From Amphiscolops sp. MND2022 (lineage: Eukaryota), in NCBI GenBank assembly GCA_964187785.1, contig OZ076409.1, positions 95,110,001 through 95,174,000 of the forward strand: DNA of 64,000 bases, read 5' to 3'. This document shows, in pieces, positions 1 to 12,500 of the stretch; positions within the stretch are counted from its first letter, which is position 1; every line of letters begins with the position of its first letter. The position numbers were made by a program, and so were the translations under genes. Under the pieces are notes generated by a model that did not search any database, was not told where the DNA came from, and saw only the letters and a list, made by a program, of their open reading frames with translations.

Positions 1-514
1 GATACAACAAGAGTGTAAAGAAGGGTGAATGATAATGAATATATTCTATTTATTGTTGTTAGTAGTGATGACAATGTTTGGGTTGGGCGGAAGACTAGAA
101 CTACACCTCAGTAGAAGAAGCACAAATGCGCCGCCGTTAGCTTGCACGACACAAGAGAAAGAAAAGACAAAAAACCGCAGAGACTGTACTGATGGTGATG
201 GTTATGTAATAGCAGAAGGCATAAATAACAGTCGCACGCACGGTGTGGAAAAGATGATGGAATATGGATGGATGGATGGATGGATGGATATTTATATCGT
301 GGCATACATGCGTTACTTCGTATACCACAGATAGAGGTTGTCAGTGTACGTAGTACATTGGTGTATGGTCGGTGGACGACGGTTAGTGCAACGGTTAAGC
401 GACTTTGCGGTTGGTTGGTACTGTTGATGCTGCTATTACATACATGAAGACGCTCTCGCCATTCATGTCTGTCTACTAGCAGTGCTAGCTAGTGGCTTCG
501 GTTTCTATGCCGAT

Positions 515-3500
515 TTAATTGCACGAGCTCCTTTCCCTATATTCTCCCATACATTTCCTTTCCTTGTAGCTGTGGTGGTGCTGTTTGTATCTTACTCCGT
601 GTGCCGGCGGTGCATTGGGAATGCCGCGTACTGGGATGAAATTCGAAATAGAGTTCATCCGACGAATGATGAGAAAAAACGGTGGGAAAAGTATTAGACT
701 TGGAATTACAGTCAGCCGAAAACACCACCGTTGGAGCAGGAAACGAGCATCAGCCACAGAGCTCATTGCTTTCGACTCAATTGACGACGTTTCACTTGTT
801 TTTGAAGGAAAATCCCCCAAGAAATTCCTGGCAGGATTGAGGTGCTTGTAACAAACGTGCGCGGAATGACTGAATAATAAAGAGGGGGAAAAGATGACAA
901 AAATGTCAGCCGTAGATCATTTTTGGATTGCACAAGCATTTAGATCAAAGAACTATGCCTTCATTTTTACCGGCATCAAACGAAGTGCCTTTGAATTAAA
1001 CTAACCTCTCTTCTCTCCAAACGAAGCGTCTGAAATCTCATCAAATATGCTGATTCTCATTTATAAATGTGCTTGCTCTCAAGAAGGAAAAAAATCAAAA
1101 CTATCCATAGCAGCGCTTCCACAACTGAAATTGCAGAAAGACCGAAAACAAAAATGGTCGAATACTAGTGATTAGTTTAGTTTCAAGATGTATTTTTAGC
1201 CGACGCTTTTGACGAAAAGAGCTTGACCCTTCAGTTGCTAGTTTTTTTTCGTCAGGCCACAGAGCTTACTCTGTATATACCACGTTTCGGTGTAAAGGTT
1301 AAACGGTTTAATGGAAACCCACAGGTCCCGGGTTCGAGTCCCTGCTTCACCCAGCAATTTTTTCGTGCGTTTAAAGGTACGTGGAGGTTTAAAAACATTG
1401 CACTACATCCGAATTTTTGACGTTATATCCATTTTTGACTAAATTGCGTTTTACGGAGGAGACGGAGGTTCGAAAAAAGCGCTCCCATTTGCCCCAGCAC
1501 GCTATATTCGAACTTTTGACGTAATATTCGAAGTAAATTGCGTTTTACTAAGGAGGAAGCGGAAGATCGAAGATAGAGCGCTGTATCCGAATTTTGACGT
1601 AATATTCGAAGTAAATTGCGTTCTACTAAGGAGGAGGCAGAGGTTGCGATATATCGAAAATATTGCGCTGTATCCGAATTGTTTTTTTTTCGTTGAGGTA
1701 AATGAACACGTTTTCCGACTAAGATAGCTGAAAACAAAATCGAATTGCGTGAAACGGGTGCAATTGACTAAAAGCTACGTAAAAACTGTTGATTAGGCTG
1801 ATGTGAAAGGAATTGAAACAATTCCAAAAAAAAAACGATTTTTAAAATCGCTATTTTCGATCAAGTATTTCCTTTCAAAATCATCACAACTTAAATCAAT
1901 CTAAATGTTGTCAAATGTTTAAAATTGTCAACATTGACACTATTCATTTATTGCCACTTTTGAACCATAATTCTCTACAATAGAAGCAAAACGCGAAAAT
2001 CGTGATCGCTCAAATGATTTCAAGCATAAGTGAAAGAAAAACCTTAGTTGAAAAAATTCAAAATTTCGAGAAAAACTATTTCTAACAGGATGAAATTTTA
2101 TGCATTTTCACGTTGACAAAACACCGCCCGTAACGAATGCGTAACATTCGAATGCTACACATTCATGCCAGGTTTATATTCGTTATGCCAGTTAGTATAC
2201 AGTACTGTGATTAAGAAATCGTCCCCCTATGATGTACTCAACCAATCAAAATCGTTCAATTTGTCTCACTTTCAATTCTGATTGGCACATCAAGTGAAAT
2301 TCACGTAAATTGAGGAAATTTTACCTTTTGAGCCTGATAATTCGAAAACGGTTGATCTATTGTGAAATCAAAATACATCAATATATTCAGTAGATTTGAG
2401 GGAGTTATTTGAGCATAAAACTTGCCGAAAAACTGTTGATAAAACGGTCAAAAATTATAAAAACGGAAAAAAGTACCAAATTTGCTCAAAATCAGCCATT
2501 TGTAAGTTTCTCAATTTTTGTCCCAGCAAAACTTAAAACAAGCCGGGAACGGCCAAAGTCGGCGCCATATCTAAGGCTCAAAATTTAAAAGGGGGACCCT
2601 TCGGGCTTTGTGAAACTCCAGCTGGTTGCAAAAAATTAAAAAAAATTGAAGGGGGGACCCTTTGGAGACATGAAAAAATTTCCGAAAAATTTTTTTAATG
2701 AGATTTTTGAACAGTGTCACAGTGCCGAAAAATGTAAAAGGTGGGACCCTTTGCGATTTTTTGACATCCATTGTGTTGCAAAACATCAAAAAAAATTGAA
2801 GGGGGGACCCTTTGGTGAAAAAATTTCAATCCAAAAAGTTTCAAAAAGTCGCATAGTTCCGAAAAAAAGTGGGGATCCTTAGTGTGATTTCGAGGTTGTG
2901 GACGTCTGTTTTGTTTTTTCTTTTCGTTTTGGACGCTTCTGAGGTTGGAGTTGTTGAGGTTTGAAGTTGTGGAGGTTGTTGAACAAATGAACAAAAAGTG
3001 GACCTTTCGTGTCTAAAAAAAAAAAAACTACCCACTGTAATAGTCGGGCACATTTTCTACTAAAATGCGCCGACTAAAAAAAAACTACCCACTGTAATAG
3101 TCGGGCACATTTTCTACTAAAATGCGCCGACTAAAAAAACACTAATATAAACTAGATTAAACTCTAAGAAACGTTTATCTCAGTTTTTCAAAATTCTCAA
3201 CCGATTTCGAGAAAATCGAGCCTAAAATCGCCCGAGGGACGTTTTCTTAATCACAGTACTTTACTTCAATTGAAGAGTACAATCATTTGCAAGTTTCGAA
3301 TCCACGATCTAAGCATTTCCAGGACGATACCCGAAAGATAATCTACTTTTAAAGCTGTGCCTACTTTCTGTGGCTCAACCGTCCGAAATGTCATCAGAAT
3401 TTGAGGTCAACCAGTAATTGGAATTGAGTAGAGTAGTCATAATTAGGATTTGCGAGAAATAAATTTACGTGTTTTGGCTTCCATAAATGAACTCTCTCTC

Positions 3501-6500
3501 TCGTCTCGAATTGATATGACAGAACCTCACAGCAATCGATGCGTACATTCCATGTTGGGAGAATTGCGTACCAAAGTGATATCTTTTATGCACGAGAAAT
3601 GCACGGTTTCATTTTCAAAATTATATCACTGCTGACACAAGTACAAAGATTCTATTGTTGTTTTCAACAACTGGAAAAATTCGAAATTACTGTTTCTCAT
3701 TAGCCTAATTGTTGTGATAAACTTATTAAATAGAAAATATTTAATAAGTTTATCACGTGTTTTTTCATATATGTGTATGTGAACACTGGACACACACCAT
3801 TGACTGTGAACTTAACAACAACGGCAACCCCGGAGAAAGTGTGGAAAAGATCCCTTAGAATCCTGGACAGTCGGATCTCCGGTATCAGTATCCTTGATTC
3901 ATGGTTCATGTAATCGGCGCAAGTTCGCTCGAAAAAGCAGTGAGCTCGGTCCAATACAAGGTTAGAAAGCTTTATTATAATTGTGTTACGGCGATACCTG
4001 GACTTAGTCTCAACCCTTTGATTAAAAACCCTCTAAAGAACCTTGGAAACCTTCTGAAAAACGGAAATCTTGCTAGAAAGTGTGATTTAGTAATTTGGCA
4101 TGATTTAATAAACAACACACTTTCGACTCATTGGAAAAGTAATACACCTGCCTCAGCTCCTGAAACACTAGTAAAACTTCTCAAAGAACACAAGGAACGA
4201 ATTCAAGCTATCGTCTACTGCCGTCGCTTTGGAACACAGGACGTCTATAAAGAGCTGAAGAAAACGGGAATTCCGGTTATAAGTGTCAGAAAAAACCTGA
4301 TATCCAAACGAAAGCAACACGACAGTATTCTGCACACCAAATACTCTGCAATCCACCAGGAACACCGTCTCGAGCTGAAGTCCTTGAATATCGTACTTAA
4401 TCACGCTGAAAATCTGGAAGCACTAACCAAAAATACCCGTTCGAAGAAGACGCGGCCCTCTCAGAAGAAAAGACAAGCCAAGCAGCGATCCAAATAGGTA
4501 AGTTTACCGGTTAGCATCTCCTTTCTGGTTGGCCTTCGGAGATTAGTTTCTTGCTGGCTTGCAGGAAGGGAGCTGTATACCGGATATGATGCTGAGATCG
4601 CAAAGTAGCCAAAACTCTGGGAAAACAACTCCTAAAACTACGAAAATACCAACTCGCGTAGAAGTGTCCCCACTAATGTCAACACCACGCCAACATGGAG
4701 CTGAAAGCTTGACCACTAATGAGTTCGTAGAGTCCTTGATCCCCATCCTTAGCGAGAAAATTCATGAAGCACTAACGACGAATATGAATGAAGAATTCAA
4801 AAAAGTGAATGAATGTATAGCAATGAACCTCTCGAAAATTAATGAACAATTAGATGTGATTGGAAAAAGACATGAAAGGATTGAATCGGAACTCACTTCG
4901 ATTGCACAATCTGTCGTTAATTTACAAGGAACTCAGAAGGACACAAACGAAAAAGTTGCTACTTTGAAAAACGCTGTGGAACGAAATACATTGGACATGG
5001 CTGAAATGCAGAACAATATCAGAGACTTAACTGAGACCAAGCAAATAATGGAACAGGACATAAATTCAGTTAAAGAGAATCTCGTTGAATTGGTTAAGCA
5101 GAAAGTACAAGAAGCGCTTCAGCAGCAAAGCAGACCTATGCCACCCACACCAGAGACATCGGCAGAAAGACAAAACGTATCAACGCAAGCAAAATTGGAT
5201 ATTATGACGGCATGTCGTTTGGAAGCAATCGAACAGTACAACAGGCGAGACTGTCTCCTATTTTTCGGGCTGTACGAGACTGAAGAGGAAAACACGACTG
5301 AGAAAGTAGTGGAGACTGCTAGGGCAATGGGCGTCAACATTTCGTACACTGATGTGTCGATCAGTCACCGGCTGCAAACAAGAAACCGAAAGCGAGGTGA
5401 ACCTAAGCCAATCATTGCTAAATTCACCAGACGAAGTGTTAAAAACGATATCCTCAAATCCAAGCACCACCTTAAACATTCTGACAACCATTACAACGTA
5501 TACGTGCAAGAACAATTGACCCGAGAGAGATCTACAGCGCTGTATCAACTGAAGAAAGAAGGTTTCAGAGTATTCACAAATGAAAGCTGTCTTGAATACA
5601 CGAAAGGGGAATTACATGGAACAATAAGTTCTCTTGAAGAACTCCGATCAAAACTTGGCTGGGATGATGAAAAATTAATTGAAGTACTGAAGAAGTAGCA
5701 ATCAAACTTTGTCGAAGAAGTTCGAACAAAGCCGTTAACTATAAACCAAGAGAATCAAATTAAACTACTACTCTTGAACGTTCGTGGAATTGTAAGTAAA
5801 TTAAACTTGAAAGAAATTCAAAAAATAGTCAAAAAATATGATGTAATAGGCCTGACTGAAACACTCACCAACGCATTCGACTATAATGAGTTCGAAGAAC
5901 ACGAAGTGTTTACGGGAATGGATAAGTTGTGTCTCAAGGGACATAGAGGTCTGGCCTTGTTAGTCCGCAGAACAATATGTCACAATTACAAAGAAAGCCC
6001 TCTAGGTCTGTGGCTTGAAATGAGACTAAATGCCAATACTTACTCTATTGGTTTATACTATATGCTTTGTGAAAACTCAAGGTACTGGGATAGTTCAGCT
6101 TTTGAGAAAATACAGGAGGATATACTACAATATAAAAACCCGGGTAGTAAATTGATTTTAATGGGAGATTTCAATGCCCGCACCGGCAATTTGATTGATT
6201 ATATTGATATCTATGACGAAGATGAACAAGTACCACCAAGATTAAATAGGGATTTAAAAGTTAATACGAACGGTAGGCTACTGATCGATCTATGTAAAAC
6301 CACAGAAATGGTACTGGTAAATGGAAGGCTAAATAATCGGAACTCAGGCGATTACACCTGCATAACGCATAATGGGGAAGTGTAATAGACTACTTCGTCA
6401 TTGATTACGATGCTTTCGACGATATCAATAAGCTATCAGTACTTGAATTCGATCCATGTCTGTCCGATGTTCACTGCCCCGTGGCTATGGAACTCAAAAA

Positions 6501-9500
6501 TCTAAAACACGTTCCGGTAGAGATTTATGAAATGAACCAGAAGACGCGGAGATGGAATAAGCAAACGCAAGAAAGGTTCTATCAGGAAATTATCAAAAAA
6601 GATCTGACCGCACTTGAAATATTGATAGATAATGAAGTTAATACCCTGAATACTCTGAACGAATTCAACACTACTCTGAGGAAACTTATATGCGAGAGTG
6701 CAAGTAGAGCAGGTGCCCTGAGGACAAGTAAGGGGAAAACTACCTTTACGTCCAATAACGGGTGGTTCGATAGAGACTGTCAATCGAAACGCTCTATATT
6801 CCGAAAGAGATTACGATGGGCTAACAAATGGAACGATAAAAGTGAAAGAAAAGCAGCATTCAGAGAATATAAGTATTTCCTTAGGCAAAAAAGGAGAAAT
6901 TGGATCGTTGATACAAATTCGAATTTGCGAAGGAAAAAGTCTGAAAACCCTAAAAGCTACTGGAGTTTTTTCAAGAAACTGGATAGTAAAGACAAAAGAA
7001 TACCTATTGAATTAACAAAAATGTATAATCATTTTAAAAATCTCAATTCCACGAATGTTTGCTCTCAAACCTTTCATTCAGACATAAATGTAAATGATGA
7101 ATTGAACAAAGCCTTCACAGAAAATGAGGTGACTAAATGTATTAAAAAAATTAAGAACGGTAAGTCAGCTGGTCTTGATAATATTTATCCGGAGTTTATC
7201 AAGTATATTCCTGATTCCCTAATAAACGTAATAACCAAATTCTTCAATCGAATACTAGAAACGACCGAAGTACCTGACGACTGGGCTATCTCTATCTACC
7301 AACCCGTTTTCAAAAAAGGTAATAGAAATGATCCAAACAACTACAGGGGGATCTCGCTTTCGAGCTGCCTATGTAAACTTTTTACAGCGCTTCTCACTGA
7401 AAGGATACAAAATGATTTAGAAAAAAGGAATGTGCTAGGCAGTGAACAAGCGGGATTTAGAAAAAACATGGGCTGTACCGACCAAGTTTTTGTTTTAACA
7501 TCACTGATTTCACTATACCTGGCCAGAAAGAAAAAGTTGTTTCTGACTTTCATCGATTACGAGAAAGCATTTGACCGTGTTGACCACGGCCTATTATGGA
7601 AAAAAATGCAGTCGGTCAACATAAATGGAAGAGTGTTAGAAGTAATAAGAAACCTATATCAAAAAACTAAAGCATGTGTTAGAGTCAATGGAGAGCTATC
7701 AGACGTATTCAAATGTGGAATGGGTGTACGACAAGGAGACACATTGTCACCTCTTCTATTTATAATCTACATCAATGATTTTAAAAATATTATCAGTCAG
7801 AAGTTCTCAGGAATCGAACTGCAGTCAGAAACGAATATAAATACGGATCTCGAATTATGGTTAAAGATGTACGCTCTCCTGTATGCAGATGATACCGTGC
7901 TTATATGCGAAAGTGAACATGATATGCAAAAAGCACTCGACGCTACAGCAGAATACTGTATGGAAAACAATATGAAAATTAATGTTTCCAAGACAAAATT
8001 TATGATATGTTCACGTGGGAAGATTAGAAAATATTCTGATGTCCTAGTGTATGGCACACCAATTGAACGTGTTGATACCTTCCTGTATTTGGGAATTGTT
8101 GTCAAGTTTAATAACACTTTTCAAACAACCATAAAAAACAATGTGGATAAAGCTAAAAAGGCATTACATAAACTAGCAGTCTATTCAGGTAAAATTGAAT
8201 TAGACGTAGAAACACAACTACATCTTTTCGATGCATTGATCAAGCCTATTTTATTATACGGCTGTGAGGTGTGGGGATATGAAAATGTCGAACAAATTGA
8301 AATTTTCCACCGAAATTTTTTGATAAAGATGTTAAGAATTAGGAAAGGTGTCCCTAAAGCGATGATTTACGGTGAATTAGGACAAACAGAGATGAAGTTC
8401 TCAATCTGGCAAAGAATGGCATTCTACTGGAAAAAAGTTACCACGAACAGTCAGAAACTTCCTGATATGATGTTCAAATGGTTAAACTTGAGTAACTATG
8501 AAAATAAATGGCTGCAAGGTGTAAAAAACATACTGATAAATTGCGGCATACCAACTATTGAGAATTACGTCAACTACGTCAACGACAATGAGTTCAAAAA
8601 TTATATCAAACGATACTGTGAGGATCTTGCTAAACAATCCTGGCAAACAATGATGCGCGCAACGCCCATATGTGAATGTTACAGTATATACAAACGAAAG
8701 GCCGAATTAGAATTGTATATTCGCAAACTAAATTTTAAAGAAAGGATAGGGCTGACCCATTTCAGGTGTGCACCTATAACTTTACCAACGGTAAAAGACA
8801 AGATCCTAGGGAACGAAAGCAATACATGTCCGTTCTGTCGAGAAAATTGTAAAGCCGACGAATACCACCTACTGCTAGTCTGTAAATTTTTCCGAACTGA
8901 CCGCGAAAGACTCTTGCCGCAATATTTCTGTTACTACCCGAATTTGATAAAACTAGACCAGCTGATGAATACCGTAAAAATTGAGAACTTGAGTAAACTT
9001 TCTGTTCTATGCAGAATTATCTGCAACGCTAGTGCTTCCATAACAGGTGATAATCAAGTTTAATTTAAATCTGTAATTTGTACGCCTTCGGGCATCAAAT
9101 TAATTAAATCTTCTTCTTCTTCATCATCAGAAGTTTTTTCCTCCATTAACTCACGCCATTTGCGCGGCTTGAGGGCTCACTGCATAAGAATAGCAAAAAA
9201 GTCAAAAGTATGTTCATAATTTCCACCCCAATTTGTGAATACATACAATGCTGCTATAAACTAGTAAGCTTGAGTAAAGGAGAATGAATATCTGCACTTG
9301 ACTATAGAACCAGAGCCGCAAGTGTGGTAAAGGAGTCGGACACGGATTAAAATATTGAAAAACAAATTATCTTTGTTTGTCATTTGGGCATTTTTGGGCT
9401 AATTCTGACTATGTTAACAAGCTGAAGCAAATGAAGTTTGAAACGAACGTCTACAGTAGAGTTGAATAACAATAATACGCACAACGTATGATTGTCATTA

Positions 9501-12500
9501 GAAGACCAAACAAAACATGAGACTGCCAATGGTGTATTGAAACTTCTGAAGACACCATACTTTGAAACACCATAAAGCTAAGCTTCATAAAATTTTGCAC
9601 TCAAACTCAAATTTACACAGCACAGTCGGTCGAAACTGTTTGATTTTCACGGAAAAAGGAGTCAAAGCTCAACAGAATGCAAAATACACGAAAACCAGTG
9701 ATCTTATTACCAACACACTGTAAACTATGTAGAAACGTGGTCGTCAAAATTCTGGGAAAGGAAATTGAATAATAATGGCTTTTAATAGAAAAATCCCGAA
9801 ATTCGGGGATTGCCCAATTTTCATGCCAAATTACTTAAACAAAATCATTCAAGTCAGTAATTAGTGGATTCAAGAGTAGAAAACTTTGTAGTAGATACTA
9901 CTTTGGTCGTCACAAAAAGGGGGTCACAGATTCATACGAATTAAACGAAGATCCGAATTATCCGGATACGAATTAACCGGAGTTGACTGTATATATAAAA
10001 TCAAATATACCCATTTCTTGCATTATCAGGCATAACAATTTGAGCACCTTGAATTTTTTTTAAAAATCTCATTAGATTAGAAAGTGAAAAGTGTTGAGTG
10101 AAAAGACGTTCAGAAGTTGACTGAATTAAGAAAACTGATCAAAGAAATAAAAAGTAGTGCATGTACTCACTCTGATTGGGATTGTACATATTCTGCTGAT
10201 TTGGTCTGGATCCGGAGGGGGGATAGCCGGCAATGCCCCCACCCACGATACTGCCCCCTGCCCCTCCCCCGATTGGACCGGCGCCTCCCCCCATTGGAGG
10301 GGCTCCAATCACATTCTGTCTCCCATCTCCCGGGTGGTGACCCCCCTTCCCTGTCCCGCCCCTGCCGCCGTTGTCACCCGGGGGAGGGGGCATTCCGCCG
10401 CCCCCATTGCCCCCCGAGAGAATGGAGTCTGAAGGCTGCGGGGCAAACGCACTGAAGATTGAGTCCACAAACACGCCACCTGTGCAGAAAAATTATGTGT
10501 CAAAATTATGATGATAACGTACGTGGGTTACTTCTCGAAAATAAAATGTAATAAAAAAGTGAATAATTTATAAAAGCATGAATGCATTTGAAATGACTTT
10601 TTTAAAAAAGACTGCGGCTCTTTCTCCCCGCCAATTTTTATTGGAAAATAGTCAAATTATTATAACAAAAAAGCTTGAATACAAACCAAAATTTTTTCCA
10701 GGGTGACAGTTTGGAATTGAGATACAAACTTTGTTCACACTATTTTTCCCTATGTAGTCACGCATTTTTGATGAACAAATCAACAACTTCCTGTTTTGAG
10801 TCACAAAAAAAAGAATAAGAACGTAATTACAGTCAAAATGTGTGAAAATGTTTTGTTCAAACCGAAAATTATTCTAAGACTTCAACTTCCTGTTATGAGA
10901 GAAGGTTTTACTTTTAATTAGGCTAGTCTGAAATTTTTAAGGAAATTTACTTTTAAAATTTTTGTGGGTAGAAAGCAGAAAAGACCAAAAATACAGGCGA
11001 AGCGCACGTCACTATTTAATCGTCCCCAAAAGGACTGGGATTTTTCTATTACATGAAATAGATGCCATTTCATCAAGAATCATTAATTGAACTTTACTTC
11101 AAAATCACACTCCCTAAATCAACCAAAAAGAGACCAAGTTTTTCAGCATCCATTTTGAAGAAATATTCAAGTTAAAACTCAAAACTCCAGTTCAGATGCA
11201 AGTAAATTTCAAAAGTAGGTTTCAAAATTGTAGAAACACTCCATTAAAACAACTAACAAACCTGCGTATATTCCTAAAATCATCAAATCAAAGCGAATTC
11301 ATAAGTTACTAAAATTTTCAACATCAAGCGCAACAAGAGAAACGCTTATGTATCAGTTGCAACGAGATCAGATCATCTCGACGAATAGGACTTAAAACCA
11401 AAGCTCATCAGAATCGAACAGCAAGCTTGGTTAATTTTGAGAAAAGGTATCCCTTTATTCACATACTGCATCAAAATATGTCACACGAATTCAATCATCC
11501 GGTCAAATCTGTATCGGAAAGTGATTTTACCAAGTACGGCTTTTCATGAGAAAACAACCATGAAGGAAGCAAAGCACTTCGGAAAGTTTCAAATGCACTA
11601 ATGCTTCCCATCGATGTAGAACATCACACTAAACTGTTTGCATGACCTTTTCCTGAGCTAATATCGCAACAAAAAGTGGAAAAAAGAATAGAGTTCTTCC
11701 TGCAAGACGGAAATGCGTCGGCGAGTAACAACTTCGGATGTTTCATGAACCTTTTGGAAGCCTTTAACGGTTTCTCTTTTGCCATTACAGTCAAACTCGG
11801 ATAAAAGAAACACGGATAAAAGAAAAATTCGTTTTAGGAAACGTTTTCACTCCTCCGATTTTATGCAAGTCAAACTTTCTACGTTAATAGGACAACTGAT
11901 AAAAGACACTATGGATAAAAGGAACCCCTTTCTCACCGCCCAATGGGTTTCTTTTATCCGAGTTCGACTGTAATACCAGTGTGGTACAATATTGAAGAAA
12001 AAAGCCGGGAACGGCATAAGCCGTCGCCTCTGTTGAGACTCAAAAAAAGCACAGAGTTAGGTAAAATCTTTAATCGGCGCCCCGCACAAGACTCACAAAA
12101 AGCAAGCTTTTCTTAAAATATGCAGAGACACTAATGTGAGAATTTTATCAAATTCACAGTGCTGGAAAAGGACATCCCGTAGATTAACAAGCCGGGCACG
12201 GCCCAAGTCGGCGCCATATCTAAGGCTCAAAAATAGCAAAAGGGCTTCAAGCCAGGGGGACCCTTTGAGATTTTTCTTCCATTCTGTCGCAAATCATCAA
12301 AAAAGTTGAAGGGGGCCCTTTGGTGAAAAAAAAATGGAAAAGTCTCACAGTGCCTGGGGACTCCAATGAAAAAAGAGAATTTTGAACACTCTCACAGTGC
12401 CGAGAAAAAATCTCGAAGCAAAAAACGAAAAGGACCTTTGAAAGTATTGTATGTTACGATTAAAAGGAACAACTATTACATTTCAGTTCCCTGGGCCAAA

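Larger units (their letters stand above)
3790..9129 (+). mobile_element. Non-LTR retrotransposon (RTEX/CR1-L2-group-like) with three ORFs; 5' boundary approximate; lies antisense in an intron of the Gly/Pro gene
   Basis: ORF0 + ORF1 + APE-RT ORF2, a short 3' UTR with a hairpin, ATTAAA and a (TCT/TCA)n tail at 9109-9129. No TSD found. Confidence 0.9.

Noticed and set aside
29..334. 101-aa ORF with a signal-peptide-like start
   Set aside because: Contains a (GGAT)n microsatellite and simple repeats; more likely the antisense of the 3' UTR of the minus-strand gene.
1283..1352. Functional tRNA gene (also B-box-like motifs near 23790 and 52775)
   Set aside because: Only A/B-box-like motifs; the acceptor and anticodon stems do not pair convincingly.
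3391..3399. TCATCAGAA as the 5' TSD of the first LINE (matches 9124-9132)
   Set aside because: Only 9 bp in AT-rich DNA, overlapping the microsatellite tail; chance cannot be excluded.
6371..6385. Programmed -1 frameshift between the endonuclease and RT parts of LINE ORF2
   Set aside because: No in-frame X XXY YYZ heptamer. The break falls inside the conserved endonuclease motif and is fixed by one extra G in a G run, so it is more likely a mutation or homopolymer sequencing error.
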